Numbered from the stretch's first letter, positions 27,319 to 37,365 are shown. The stretch is 64,000 nt of DNA from Verrucomicrobiota bacterium (GCA_039818205.1 JBCBUK010000011.1:64001-128000); one strand, 5' to 3'. Program-made: numbers and translations. Notes: generated by a model not told the origin, from the sequence alone.

Positions 27319-28209
27319 ATGCCACGTAAAATTTGTTTTCTGAATTATAAAGGCGGCGTCGGCAAAACTTCGCTTATCGTTAATACCGCGGCCTGTTTGG
27401 CCCATAAAGGTAAGCGCGTCTTATTGTTTGATTTTGATACTCAGTCTAACGCCAGCATCTGGTTGATGCGTCTCGATCGTTGGAATAAGTTGAATATTAA
27501 TGGCTCTGGATCGGTTTACTCGATTTTTGATCCGGGCAAAGAGACGATTAAAGACAATGTTGTTAAAAACGTTGTCCAAAGCAAAACAGGTGAAAAAGTT
27601 CTCCCTGGTTTGGACATCGTTCCGACGACGTTCAATCTCGTTGACCTCGAGAATGAGTTTAAGGGCGACCCAACCAGTCCGCACTACCGCGTGGTGCATG
27701 ACCAGTTGGAAGAAATCCAAGACGATTATGATTTTATCGTTTTTGACTGCCCGCCAAACATTCTGAACGCCTCGCAATGCGGCGTATTTACCAGCTCCGA
27801 AATTTATGTCCCGTCGAATCCGGACGCCCTCAGTTTGATCGGTTTTACACTCCTTGTTGAAAAATTACTCCTTTTTCACAAGCGTTCAGCGAGCTTCCGT
27901 AAATCGGGCATGGGTCCGCCTGCTGCGGTTCGCGGTATCATCTTTAACTCGATTAAAGCCAACGTAGATATTGAGGTGCCCAAGATGCGTATGCAGTTGC
28001 GTATGAATCAGTTCCGTAATCAACGCCGGGTTGCTCAGGATGCTAAGATTTTTGAATCAATGATTCGTGATGCCACGGTTGTTCGCCGGGCTGTTACCCT
28101 TGGTCTACCGGTAAGTCTAGTTGGTCAAGCCGCTCAAGAGGAAGACAGTGTGGTCAAGGACTATGCTCGCCTCGCTGCTGAGATTGACCGCCATGCGGTT
28201 TCTTGGTAG
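27319..28209 (+). CDS. ParA/Soj/MinD-family ATPase
   Basis: Deviant Walker A KGGVGKT, DFDTQSNAS, FDCPP, VPSNPDALS. Confidence 0.92.
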   Translation: MPRKICFLNYKGGVGKTSLIVNTAACLAHKGKRVLLFDFDTQSNASIWLMRLDRWNKLNINGSGSVYSIFDPGKETIKDNVVKNVVQSKTGEKVLPGLDIVPTTFNLVDLENEFKGDPTSPHYRVVHDQLEEIQDDYDFIVFDCPPNILNASQCGVFTSSEIYVPSNPDALSLIGFTLLVEKLLLFHKRSASFRKSGMGPPAAVRGIIFNSIKANVDIEVPKMRMQLRMNQFRNQRRVAQDAKIFESMIRDATVVRRAVTLGLPVSLVGQAAQEEDSVVKDYARLAAEIDRHAVSW

Positions 28210-28265
28210 GGTTCGTAAAATTTGACTAATTCAATTTACGGAGGGACCCTAAGATTACACCTAAT

Positions 28266-29252
28266 ATGTCAGAGGAATCGCCAACGATACGTTATAACAG
28301 AGACGACTGGGATGAAATCCGGTTGACCTTCGCTACCTCCTTGATGGTGGACACGAATCTGGTCAGCTTGTCACAGAATTTGGAAATTGAAGAGTGGCCG
28401 CTTCGCGGAGCTGGCGAAACACCTTCAAAATACATCGACTTCGCCTGGGAAGAGCTTCAAGAGCTGCCTGGTTTGGCGGATGACCCGCATCGGATTGATC
28501 TTCTGGTCCACATCCTTCGTGAGACTCAGGCGTTTGATGACCCATTTGGGGACATGGTTGCAACGGTTGATGCACACGCCAGTGTCGATCGTACTCTTGA
28601 GAAGAATATCAATCGTCTCAAGATTCCGCAGGATTTCCCAATGTCATTGAGCGGTTTGTCGGCAGACACGCTTACCTTCTGCCGCAACGAGGATATCAAG
28701 ACCTTGAAGGACTTTGGCCACTTCGCGCAAAACATGGCGCAGAATATCGTGATCGGTGGCGACTTCCGGGCTTTGCTCAATGCCCTCACCACGGAAGACC
28801 AACAGTCGCTGGCGAAATACATTCCGTTCCGCCCTGGTCATTTTGGTCTGCACCTTGCGGAGAGCATTGGTTTGTTGCTCAATCAATTGAGTGATGTTGA
28901 GAAATTTTCTCTCCTGAAGAAATACGGTTACTCGCTCGATACCGTTCAAGAAGCGAAGGCTCGCCTTGGCAAAGACCAGGTGCGCCAGCTCGAAGATATC
29001 TTGCAGGAGAAAGCCGGGGAAATTTGCCAATATTTCCCCGACCAATACCGCCAGTTGTCCCGCGATATCAAGTCCGGGAAGACGATGGAGCGGGTGTTCA
29101 TGGTTGTTGATGACCCCGAGCGTGAAACTATCTGTGCGAACATTGCAACTCGTTACCTGAAGGAGAACGTCGTTGATGATCGTGAAGAAGTCGCTGAATC
29201 CGCTGGTGCGAAAAAGGGCGGGTTCTTCTCGAGAATTTTTGGACGTAAGTAA
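28266..29252 (+). CDS. Conserved-looking hypothetical protein with an alpha-CTD-like segment and a C-terminal amphipathic tail
   Basis: FPMSLSGLSADTLTFCRNEDIKTLKDF resembles RNAP alpha-CTD; ends KKGGFFSRIFGRK. Confidence 0.7.
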   Translation: MSEESPTIRYNRDDWDEIRLTFATSLMVDTNLVSLSQNLEIEEWPLRGAGETPSKYIDFAWEELQELPGLADDPHRIDLLVHILRETQAFDDPFGDMVATVDAHASVDRTLEKNINRLKIPQDFPMSLSGLSADTLTFCRNEDIKTLKDFGHFAQNMAQNIVIGGDFRALLNALTTEDQQSLAKYIPFRPGHFGLHLAESIGLLLNQLSDVEKFSLLKKYGYSLDTVQEAKARLGKDQVRQLEDILQEKAGEICQYFPDQYRQLSRDIKSGKTMERVFMVVDDPERETICANIATRYLKENVVDDREEVAESAGAKKGGFFSRIFGRK

Positions 29253-29270
29253 TCGCCAAGTGGCGAAACA

Positions 29271-29864
29271 ATGGCATCTCCAATTCCACCAAAGAAGAAG
29301 CGGGCGATTAGTCTCCGCCCGAAGTTGCAAGAAGCGGCTGAAGCGTCATTGAAGTCGAAGGAAACCATCGACCTCATCATGCGGCGAACGAGGGCTCCTT
29401 TTCAGGACAATGAGCGTATGCCGAATGAAGAGATTGACGCGTTGGAGAAGAGTTTGCGCAAGCTCGAAAGCGATTTGCTGGAGCGCGAGCGCAAAGTCGC
29501 CGATTACGAAGCGAAGCTGACCGAGCGTGAACGCAATATCTGGGAAGGCGAGGCCCTGTTGAAGGTCAAAGAGGAGATGCTTGCGGCCAAGGTCAAAGAC
29601 TTTGAACAATCCCGAGAAGATGCTCCTGATCAGCAGCAGGTATCACCGCAAGAGCGTGAGGCTCTTGATCACTTGCGTGAGACGCTTGAGGAACGTGAGG
29701 CTACCTTGCAGCGCTTAAAGGAAGAAATTAAAGAGCGCGAATCGTTCGTCGAAGAGTCGGAAAATGCACTCTTCGAGAAAATGATGGAGCAGCAGGAGAA
29801 GGAAACGGAGCTGGAGCAGCGAAGCGAAGAGCTGCGGGTGTTGCAAAATAAAGTAAGCGAGTAG
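29271..29864 (+). CDS. Coiled-coil protein with a basic N-terminus
   Basis: PPKKKRAISLRPK followed by long E/R/K-rich heptads. Confidence 0.75.
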   Translation: MASPIPPKKKRAISLRPKLQEAAEASLKSKETIDLIMRRTRAPFQDNERMPNEEIDALEKSLRKLESDLLERERKVADYEAKLTERERNIWEGEALLKVKEEMLAAKVKDFEQSREDAPDQQQVSPQEREALDHLRETLEEREATLQRLKEEIKERESFVEESENALFEKMMEQQEKETELEQRSEELRVLQNKVSE

Positions 29865-29889
29865 TTGAGCTCGTCTGTTTGGCTCCCCG

Positions 29890-32451
29890 CTATTCGTCTA
29901 CCGGAATATTCGCGACATCATAGCTGATGTCGAAGCGGATAAATAGACGCGCGCCCTTCACAAACCGAGCCTCAACCAAATCGTAAAACGGTCCGGTGAA
30001 AACGACCCGATAATCGTCTTCGAACGGCATGAAGTTGACTAGGTCGGTCGAGTATTCGACGTGATATCCGAGCAGCGGATAATTCTTTCGGCGTTCGAAT
30101 TGAAAACCGAAGGTCGTGCTCGTTACTTCGAATGCGGGAAACTCGGTTGAGCGAGTGGGATGCCCATCGATGGCAAACTCTGCGAGATTTGAAAAAGAAT
30201 CGCCGTCGGGATTCGAATTCGGGTCGGTGTAGAAGGGGTCGTTGAGTTGCTCCGGGGTTAGGCGTAACTCCAGCCACGGTTGATATGCCGCCAAGCCCAT
30301 TATGGCCGTTATAATGGTCCAATTTTCTTCAAAGTTGGATAAAACGGTGCCGTCGAAGCTGACGGTGTCCTGAGATTTTAGCGTTCGAAAAGCGATTCGA
30401 AGGTCGTAGGTGCCGATGGGCTCAAGAGCATTGCGCTCGATAAAGCCACTCAACCCATCGTCAGCAATGTTGATGAGGTCTCCCGAGTAGACGAGTTCGT
30501 CGTTGGTTCGGTCAGTGGCAGTTACCGATACCGTGGTGTTAGGCCCAGAGGCATCGAACCCCGTCCAGGCGACGGGAACGGGAAGCGACGGGTCGAATAT
30601 CGTTTGGCTTAGGTAAGTCGTATCGATCTGCGTCGCTGGAAACGTTGTGCTAGTTCCGCCGGGTTCGAGGCGAGCGCTTGAGGGGCCCCCGCCGACGGTT
30701 TGGGTGACGTTGAACCGGTAGAAATCGTCGGGCCAGGCAGTGTCCAGGTCCTGTTCGGTATCAAAGCTTTGTTCGAGCTGCCATCGATCGCCAGTGGGAA
30801 CCAGGCGCTGGAGACTGCTCACCGGAGCGCCATTTACGTCTCGTTTGATGCTGGCAGCCGAAAGGGCCCCTTGGGTTGATTCAACGATTTCCGCTGTGAA
30901 TGAAAAGGGTTGGTCAGGTGCGTCGATCCCGTTGCCATTGTCGAAGTATTCGCCTCGTATGAGCCGAGCTTCGGCAATTCCGTCAAGGGTTGTCGGTGTG
31001 GTTCGAACCGGGAATTCCGTAAATGTCGCGGCGCGAAACACAATTTTCTCTGTGGATCCAATGGTGCTGGTGTCGCGGGTTTCGATACTGCCTTGATAGA
31101 GGGTATCGGGCTGCAGGCTGTTGGCGGAAATTTGGGCTTCGAATTCGTTGGTTCCGTCGGGAACGTTCGCGAATCGAGAGGCTACCACATCACCATTTTG
31201 GTTTTTAATTTGGATGAGGGCTTGGAGGACTCCGGTGCTACCATCAGGACGCTGAAATTTTATCTGGAAGCTGCGTCGGCTTTGAATGTTCTGGCATGCC
31301 TCCCAATTAACCACAGCGGTTGGTCCGGTGCTTCGTTCGGTCGTCGATTCTCCAAAAACCGACGCAGTGGTGCCGTCGGTGTTCCGCAAGCCCGCGCTAA
31401 AAAGACCGTCTTGGATGTCGGCCGTCGCGGCTCCGTCTAATTCGAAGCGATAGGTGTCCGGCAGAACGGGATCTGGAACCGGTTCGAGCGTGAAGGTCTG
31501 CCCAGTATGGAGTTGGTGGAGCGCGACCGCGGAAACGCCTTCTTCGACGGATCCATCGTAAGTAACGGTGAAAGTATCCTCGTCGGGGATCTCAACCGGG
31601 TCGCCGGCGGTGTTTTGCTCAAACCGCCGCCCCCAGATGACATTCAGGGTCTCTGCGAATCGATTTGCTACGACGTTTTGTGTTTTGATGACAAACCAGG
31701 TTTCGCGGATAAAACGGCTTTGCGTTTCATATTCATTGAACGCGCTGGCCTCATTGATTCTATCTGGGCTGACGAATTGGATGCGGGCGAGGTACTCCCG
31801 ATTTGCGGTCAAAGTCCCCGGTGGAATCTGGTAATTCCCGGTAAACTGACTCAGGTTGGATTGCTCGTGGACGACGGCTAGCGTGACTGGGTCAAAGACG
31901 GTAAAGTTGTGAAAATTCTCAAGACCAATGCCGCCCGAGGATCCGCCCGACGTCTGGCTGAGAACTAGGATGAGCGTCGTATTGACGCTGTAGTTCTCAG
32001 CATTGAAAAAGTTGCTGATGTTAGGAAAGGCCATAAACGGGTCGAATCGGCCAAAATTGATCGTCGATGTCTTCGTCGTTTGAGCGTTCAGCGTGGTTAG
32101 GAACTGATATTCAACCGTTGGGGGAAATGTCAGATTGAGCGAGTTTAGTGTGGTCGCCCCATAGAAACCCGACCAGCGAGTCGGCGTTTGAAGCGTGAAG
32201 GGATAATCCGTGAAATTTGCCTCGAACTCCGCACTCACCAAATTGGTGGATTGTGCGATATCGAAAAAGTAGCGCAGGAAAACGGGATTTTGGGCGGGGA
32301 TCGTGCTCGCTCCATTAGCCTCCTGGTATGCAATCTCCTTTTTTTCGACGATGAAACCCTCAAGCGGCTCTTGACCGTTGAGGTGGATTGACGCCAAAGC
32401 GAAAAGCACTGTGAGGGCGAAAGTGCGCATCATAGTCGGGAGAAATGGCAT
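29890..32451 (-). CDS. Large secreted beta-rich repeat protein
   Basis: Signal peptide; about 3 internal repeats; C-terminal DPNSNPDGDSFSNLAEFA...VEYSTDL. Confidence 0.75.
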   Translation of the reverse strand: MPFLPTMMRTFALTVLFALASIHLNGQEPLEGFIVEKKEIAYQEANGASTIPAQNPVFLRYFFDIAQSTNLVSAEFEANFTDYPFTLQTPTRWSGFYGATTLNSLNLTFPPTVEYQFLTTLNAQTTKTSTINFGRFDPFMAFPNISNFFNAENYSVNTTLILVLSQTSGGSSGGIGLENFHNFTVFDPVTLAVVHEQSNLSQFTGNYQIPPGTLTANREYLARIQFVSPDRINEASAFNEYETQSRFIRETWFVIKTQNVVANRFAETLNVIWGRRFEQNTAGDPVEIPDEDTFTVTYDGSVEEGVSAVALHQLHTGQTFTLEPVPDPVLPDTYRFELDGAATADIQDGLFSAGLRNTDGTTASVFGESTTERSTGPTAVVNWEACQNIQSRRSFQIKFQRPDGSTGVLQALIQIKNQNGDVVASRFANVPDGTNEFEAQISANSLQPDTLYQGSIETRDTSTIGSTEKIVFRAATFTEFPVRTTPTTLDGIAEARLIRGEYFDNGNGIDAPDQPFSFTAEIVESTQGALSAASIKRDVNGAPVSSLQRLVPTGDRWQLEQSFDTEQDLDTAWPDDFYRFNVTQTVGGGPSSARLEPGGTSTTFPATQIDTTYLSQTIFDPSLPVPVAWTGFDASGPNTTVSVTATDRTNDELVYSGDLINIADDGLSGFIERNALEPIGTYDLRIAFRTLKSQDTVSFDGTVLSNFEENWTIITAIMGLAAYQPWLELRLTPEQLNDPFYTDPNSNPDGDSFSNLAEFAIDGHPTRSTEFPAFEVTSTTFGFQFERRKNYPLLGYHVEYSTDLVNFMPFEDDYRVVFTGPFYDLVEARFVKGARLFIRFDISYDVANIPVDE

Positions 32452-32555
32452 TGGATCTTTTCTGTCGTTTTACGGGTCTCGTGTCAACCCGTGCGTAAGT
32501 TTGTTACAGCCATATTCAGGTTGGTATTTTTGGTAAATTGGAGTAGTTTATAGGG

Positions 32556-32990
32556 GTGATTATTCGTAGTTTTTTGCTTTTTTTAAGCCTCCTTCTTGCC
32601 GGTTGCGGCTACAACGTTATCTACTCGCCGCTGAACAATCCGGTTACTCCCGAGCAGCGGGTGATTGCTGGTGAAGTGGCCGCTCGTGGCCCCACGGCAC
32701 CCGCCGACGTCCGGATCTTTTTCACGCAGCGACCGACCAAGCCTTACATTGAGTTGGGGATTATCACCATTCCGACTCAGCAAGCAGTTCCCAATCAAGA
32801 AGAGATTTTCTCACTCTTTCGCGATAAAGCAGCAGAGGTCGGAGGCGATGGCGTGATCATCATGGACACCCAGACTGCGGTTGATAGCTATTCGCGGCCC
32901 AGCTTTTATTCGGATTGGGGCGTTTACTACTCGGAAGTGATCCGCTCGCGGTCGATTTTTCGGGGAATGGTTATACAATACACGGAATAA
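32556..32990 (+). CDS. Lipoprotein with a YbjQ-like domain
   Basis: LAGC lipobox; PYIELG...KAAEVGGDGVI. Confidence 0.65.
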   Translation: MIIRSFLLFLSLLLAGCGYNVIYSPLNNPVTPEQRVIAGEVAARGPTAPADVRIFFTQRPTKPYIELGIITIPTQQAVPNQEEIFSLFRDKAAEVGGDGVIIMDTQTAVDSYSRPSFYSDWGVYYSEVIRSRSIFRGMVIQYTE

Positions 32991-33017
32991 TTCCGATTCT
33001 CTGCTGTCAGGTAATAG

Positions 33018-35219
33018 ATGGGGGTGCGACCTAAGCCATTCATGATTGTCCGTTTCCTAGTTGCCGTCTTTGGCCTGATGATTTTTCAGTCCGAGGCTCT
33101 GCGTGCACAAGTCGTTCGTAGCCAACATACTGAGGCTGAACTGGTTTCATCGGTTTCGAATTTTCAGCCCGGAGAAACCACGTGGATTGCCCTACGATTG
33201 AAGATGGATCCGCATTGGCACACCTACTGGATCAATCCAGGCGATGCGGGCTTGGCGACAAACATCTCTTGGAATGATTTACCCACCGGTGTTACGGTCG
33301 GTGAGATACATTGGCCGACACCGAAAGTCTTTGAACAAAGTGGTTTATATAACTTTGTCTATGAGGACGAGGTGTTGTTAATGATGCCGGTCACGTTGGA
33401 TAAGAGCGTTTCCACGGGAAAAAGCCTAACGCTTTCTGCCAAGGTCGATTGGCTTGAGTGTGACGACCAGACCTGCATTCCGGGCGGGGCAGAGTTGTTG
33501 CTGGTTCAGGCCGTGAGCGAGGCACCCGCCAAACCAACTGGATGGTATGGGGCCATGGAAGAGACGCGCAAACTCCTTTGGCCAAAGGAGGCTCCAGGTA
33601 GCTGGAGCGCAAATGCCTCCATTGAGGGGGATGCGATCACGCTGGTTTTGACACCCTCGGGTGAGGCCAAGAATTTCGACCCCGGTGCGGTAACTTTTTT
33701 CTCTCTCGATGGTTTTATCTCACCGAATAGCCGGGAGTATTCACGCGCTGCCGATGGTTCTTTGACATTTTCGCTGGAGGTTTTCGATTACTACTCCGGG
33801 CCAAACCCACCAAAAACACTCGCGGGTGTGGTCCGGGCAGAGAATGGCTGGCTGCCCAACGACCCGTTTATTGGTCTGACAGTAAATCCAGCATTCGGAA
33901 GTGAACCTAGTGGCTTGGCGCTGGCAGGCGAAGTGGCGGTTGATGACTCGGCATCGGCTGCGGCTCCTGCGCCTGGGATTATTTATCTGATCGGTTTTGC
34001 CTTTGTTGGCGGGCTGATCCTGAACTTGATGCCCTGCGTATTTCCCGTCCTTGGATTGAAAATTATGACCTTTGTCAGCCAGGCGGGTGAGGAGCGGGGC
34101 AAAGTGATCGCTCACGGGCTGATCTACACGCTCGGCGTAATTGTTAGCTTCTGGGTTTTGGCTGGCATGCTCATTGCACTACGAGCGGGTGGCGAAGAGC
34201 TTGGCTGGGGATTCCAGTTGCAGAACCCTGGTTTTGTCCTGCTGCTAAGCATCGTCCTTTTGATATTCGGATTGAACTTGAGCGGTGTGTTCGAGATTGG
34301 GCATTCCGCCGTGGGTGTGGGCTCAGGGCTCGCATCGAAAAAGGGACTCGCCGGATCGTTTGCCTCGGGTGTGCTGGCCACAGTCGTTGCGACACCGTGT
34401 GCGGCGCCGTTTCTGGCACCAGCGTTGAGCGGTGCGCTGACCTTGCCGCCCCTGACCTCGATTTTCATATTTACGATCGTTGGCTTGGGTCTGGCCTCGC
34501 CCTACCTATTGCTTTCAGTTTTCCCGCAATGGGTGTCTCGCCTGCCGAAGCCCGGAGCGTGGATGGAAACCTTCAAGCAGTTTATGGCATTTCTGTTGTA
34601 TGCGACGGTGGCGGCTCTCATCTGGGTAATCGCGGACCAAGTAACTTCGGAGACCTTCCTGATCATTCTTTTTAGTCTGGTTGGAGCTGGCCTGGGCTGC
34701 TGGGTATACGGACGTTGGGCTCAGTTGCACAAACCCGCCAAGATCCGCCTGATTGCGACAGTCGTGGCGGTCGTGTTGATCGCCGGATCGGGGCTCTACG
34801 CCTGGTCGGACATCTCATTTGAGCGGGCGCGCAAAGCAGAAATTGCCGAAGCCAGGGAGACCGGTAAGACCCTTGATTTTTTGGTGTGGGAGCCTTGGAG
34901 TCAGGTCTCGGTGGACGAGGCTTTGGGAGCCGGAAAACCCGTCTATATCGATTTCACTGCGCGGTGGTGTGCGACCTGCCTCGTGAATAAACGCGTATAT
35001 AATGACCCTAATTTGATTAGAAAATTCCAGGAGTTTGGCGTGGTGACCCTCAAAGCGGACTGGACCAATTACGACCCGGCGATCACTCAGGCACTAGCTG
35101 AGTTTAACCGTAGTGTATTGCCTTTCAACGTCTTATATGTTCCCGGTGGAGAAACTGTGGAACTTCCCGAATTGTTGACGGTCGGCAACGTAACCGCAGC
35201 CTTAGAAAAGTTACCTTAA
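33018..35219 (+). CDS. dsbD: DsbD-family thiol:disulfide interchange protein
   Basis: WHTYWINPGDAG, CDDQTC, LNLMPCVFPVL, ATPCAAP, FTARWCATC. Confidence 0.9.
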   Translation: MGVRPKPFMIVRFLVAVFGLMIFQSEALRAQVVRSQHTEAELVSSVSNFQPGETTWIALRLKMDPHWHTYWINPGDAGLATNISWNDLPTGVTVGEIHWPTPKVFEQSGLYNFVYEDEVLLMMPVTLDKSVSTGKSLTLSAKVDWLECDDQTCIPGGAELLLVQAVSEAPAKPTGWYGAMEETRKLLWPKEAPGSWSANASIEGDAITLVLTPSGEAKNFDPGAVTFFSLDGFISPNSREYSRAADGSLTFSLEVFDYYSGPNPPKTLAGVVRAENGWLPNDPFIGLTVNPAFGSEPSGLALAGEVAVDDSASAAAPAPGIIYLIGFAFVGGLILNLMPCVFPVLGLKIMTFVSQAGEERGKVIAHGLIYTLGVIVSFWVLAGMLIALRAGGEELGWGFQLQNPGFVLLLSIVLLIFGLNLSGVFEIGHSAVGVGSGLASKKGLAGSFASGVLATVVATPCAAPFLAPALSGALTLPPLTSIFIFTIVGLGLASPYLLLSVFPQWVSRLPKPGAWMETFKQFMAFLLYATVAALIWVIADQVTSETFLIILFSLVGAGLGCWVYGRWAQLHKPAKIRLIATVVAVVLIAGSGLYAWSDISFERARKAEIAEARETGKTLDFLVWEPWSQVSVDEALGAGKPVYIDFTARWCATCLVNKRVYNDPNLIRKFQEFGVVTLKADWTNYDPAITQALAEFNRSVLPFNVLYVPGGETVELPELLTVGNVTAALEKLP

Positions 35220-35255
35220 AAGATAGCTTTTTTTAAAATAATCGGCTAATTTCCC

Positions 35256-35282
35256 TAAAGCTTTTAACCCATTTACCGATTA
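35256..35282 (+). promoter_or_regulatory. Sigma28-like promoter
   Basis: TAAA-15 nt-ACCGATTA against the consensus TAAA-N15-GCCGATAA. Confidence 0.4.
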
Positions 35283-35289
35283 ATTTCGT

Positions 35290-35389
35290 ATCAACATTTT
35301 AAGACTTTCTCGGGCGAAAGCCCGACGGAATGATAACACAGTAGAGATGGCGGGAGGTCCCCCTTGGGAGAGGGGGGCCTCTATTTTTT
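35290..35389 (+). ncRNA. Candidate small RNA
   Basis: GAAA-tetraloop hairpin tcgggcgaaagcccga (35310-35325) and a strong terminator (35354-35389) with no ORF between. Confidence 0.35.
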
Positions 35390-35446
35390 GTACACGCAAA
35401 AGGCCGTCCGAATCGAAATTCGAACGGCTGAAATCAGACGGATGCT

Positions 35447-36094
35447 CTAAGGGCAGAGACGGCTGATTTCCCAAGTGTCACCCGTGAGCGAATACTGCAG
35501 GCGATCGTGTAGTCGACTGCGCCGGCCCTGCCAGAATTCTATTTTGGTGGGAACGACTCGATAACCGCCCCAGAAATCGGGAAGTGGAACTTTGCCCTCG
35601 GCAAATTTCTGTTTCAACTCGGCAAATTTCATCTCGAGGATCTGCCGCGAGCTAATGACGCTGCTTTGATCCGATACCCACGCGCCGATCTGGCTTTTGT
35701 AGGGGCGGCTGATGAAGTACTGCAGCGACTCCTTAGCCGAAATTTTTTCCGCCCGGCCGAGGATCTTCACCTGCCGTTCCAAGGCCAGCCACGGGAAGAG
35801 CAGGGCGACCTGTGGGTTCTGTTCGATGTGCTTGGCTTTGGTGCTCTGGTAGTTGGTAAAGAAAACAAAGCCGCGCTCGTCGTAGGCCTTAAGCAAAACT
35901 GTTCGCGTCTCCGGGGCACCATCCGCGTCGACGGTCGCCAAGGTCATGGCGTTGGGCTCGATCAGTTCGGCCTTCTGTGCCTGTTCGAACCAAAGCCGAA
36001 ACTGGGCAACCGGATCGGTGAGCAGACTTTCCTTGGTCAGCTCAGCCTGTCTGTATTCGCAACGCATGTCAGCAGGATCGTTCATGCTGAGCAT
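35447..36094 (-). CDS. pdxH: Pyridoxamine 5'-phosphate oxidase
   Basis: EPNAMTLAT, RTVLLK, FFTNYQS, WGGYR, EFWQGRRSRLHDR. Confidence 0.96.
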   Translation of the reverse strand: MLSMNDPADMRCEYRQAELTKESLLTDPVAQFRLWFEQAQKAELIEPNAMTLATVDADGAPETRTVLLKAYDERGFVFFTNYQSTKAKHIEQNPQVALLFPWLALERQVKILGRAEKISAKESLQYFISRPYKSQIGAWVSDQSSVISSRQILEMKFAELKQKFAEGKVPLPDFWGGYRVVPTKIEFWQGRRSRLHDRLQYSLTGDTWEISRLCP

Positions 36095-36291
36095 TGTTGG
36101 CTATAAACATCGGAAATGCAACGTGTTCGGTGGAGTCCAATGATTTCATGGCGATGATCGCGCCCGGATTCGAAGAATATGCATCGAAATACTTAATGTC
36201 TCAGGGCGCTAAAACCTCCTCGCAGTCTAGCGACTCGGCGGCGGATTCTAGGGCCGATGGTGGCGGTTGATCTTATCGTCCTGTAACTCTC

Positions 36292-36789
36292 CTAGCGTGT
36301 CAGGTGCACGATCTCCTCGTGCCAGTCGGGCCAGCCTTTGACGAGGTCGTCGCGGTCGCCGAGGATGAAGTCTTCCCAAAGGAATTCGGGAGTCACTACG
36401 ACACTTAGTAGGGCAAAGCCAAACTGCGCCCCGTCGGCGAGGCGGGATCCCTGCCAGCTGCCGGTGGGCACGACGGCCATGGGCTGGTCGCCCGCGGCGA
36501 GGCTCATGCCTAGGCGGCACTTTTCTCCGGAGCCGTCACCATGGAGCATCAGCAACTCGACGGAGTCGCCCGCGTGCCAGTGAAAGGTCTCGGCTGAGTC
36601 GATGAGTCTGTGCAAGGCGGAAAATCCGTCCTGCGTGATGAGGTAGTAAATCGCCGAGGCAACTGCCCGCGGCGGCGACGATTTGGTCGGAGGCAGTTGG
36701 CGTTGGTCGGTGTGGACTCGGCGAAACCACCCGCCCTCGTGGGGGAGGGGTTGGAGCGATAGCTCGCTGATAATTGTTTCAGCATTCAT
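36292..36789 (-). CDS. Cupin-superfamily protein (DUF985-like)
   Basis: PLPHEGGWFR, AIYYL, FSALHR, VVPTGSWQ, VTPEF. Confidence 0.85.
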   Translation of the reverse strand: MNAETIISELSLQPLPHEGGWFRRVHTDQRQLPPTKSSPPRAVASAIYYLITQDGFSALHRLIDSAETFHWHAGDSVELLMLHGDGSGEKCRLGMSLAAGDQPMAVVPTGSWQGSRLADGAQFGFALLSVVVTPEFLWEDFILGDRDDLVKGWPDWHEEIVHLTR

Positions 36790-37016
36790 GGCAGTAGCAG
36801 CACCAGCTATGCTAGGTGTTAGCAGCGGCTTGGCAAGCGTGTCCCAGGAAAAACGGATTGCCAATGGTCAACAATGGCGGTTGAATTCCACGTTTGTCGC
36901 ACAAAAAAAGCCTGATTCGGGGAAGAAAGCGGCTTGACAGCCACGGGTGCGACCTATTTTTTCCTCTGTTTTCCATTTAATCAGCAATCCGCTTCCGATT
37001 TACTTTTTACCAGATC

Positions 37017-37301
37017 ATGGCACTTAAAATTCGACTCCAACGCCACGGTTCCACCCACAATCCGGTTTACCGCATCGTGGTAACCGAAGCGCGTCACCGT
37101 CGCGACGGTCGTCACAACGAAATCCTCGGCAACTACAATCCACGTGCCCGTGGTAACGATGCTGAGTTGAAGCTCAACCTTGAGCGCGTCGATTACTGGA
37201 CCAGCGTTGGCGCCAAGCCAACTGATACGGCCCGCACCCTCATTAACCGTGCACGCCGCGCCGAGAAGGCCGCTGCCGAGGCCGCACCAGCCGAAGCCTA
37301 A
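37017..37301 (+). CDS. rpsP: 30S ribosomal protein S16
   Basis: MALKIRLQRHG...YRIVV...RRDGR...GAKPTDT. Confidence 0.97.
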   Translation: MALKIRLQRHGSTHNPVYRIVVTEARHRRDGRHNEILGNYNPRARGNDAELKLNLERVDYWTSVGAKPTDTARTLINRARRAEKAAAEAAPAEA

Positions 37302-37339
37302 GTCCGCGCTGACAAAGACTTCCTGTCCTGTATTTCTGG

Positions 37340-37365
37340 CCCCGGCAACTCGCCGGGGTTTTTTG
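37340..37365 (+). terminator. Intrinsic terminator after rpsP
   Basis: ccccggc-aactc-gccgggg followed by tttttt. Confidence 0.75.

Noticed and set aside
35300..35389. GAAA hairpin plus terminator as a c-di-GMP-I riboswitch
   Set aside because: The conserved flanking motifs and second stem are missing, and no co-oriented gene lies downstream.
36148..36270. About 40-codon plus-strand ORF between pdxH and the cupin gene
   Set aside because: It is short and low-complexity with no recognisable motif, so it cannot be supported.
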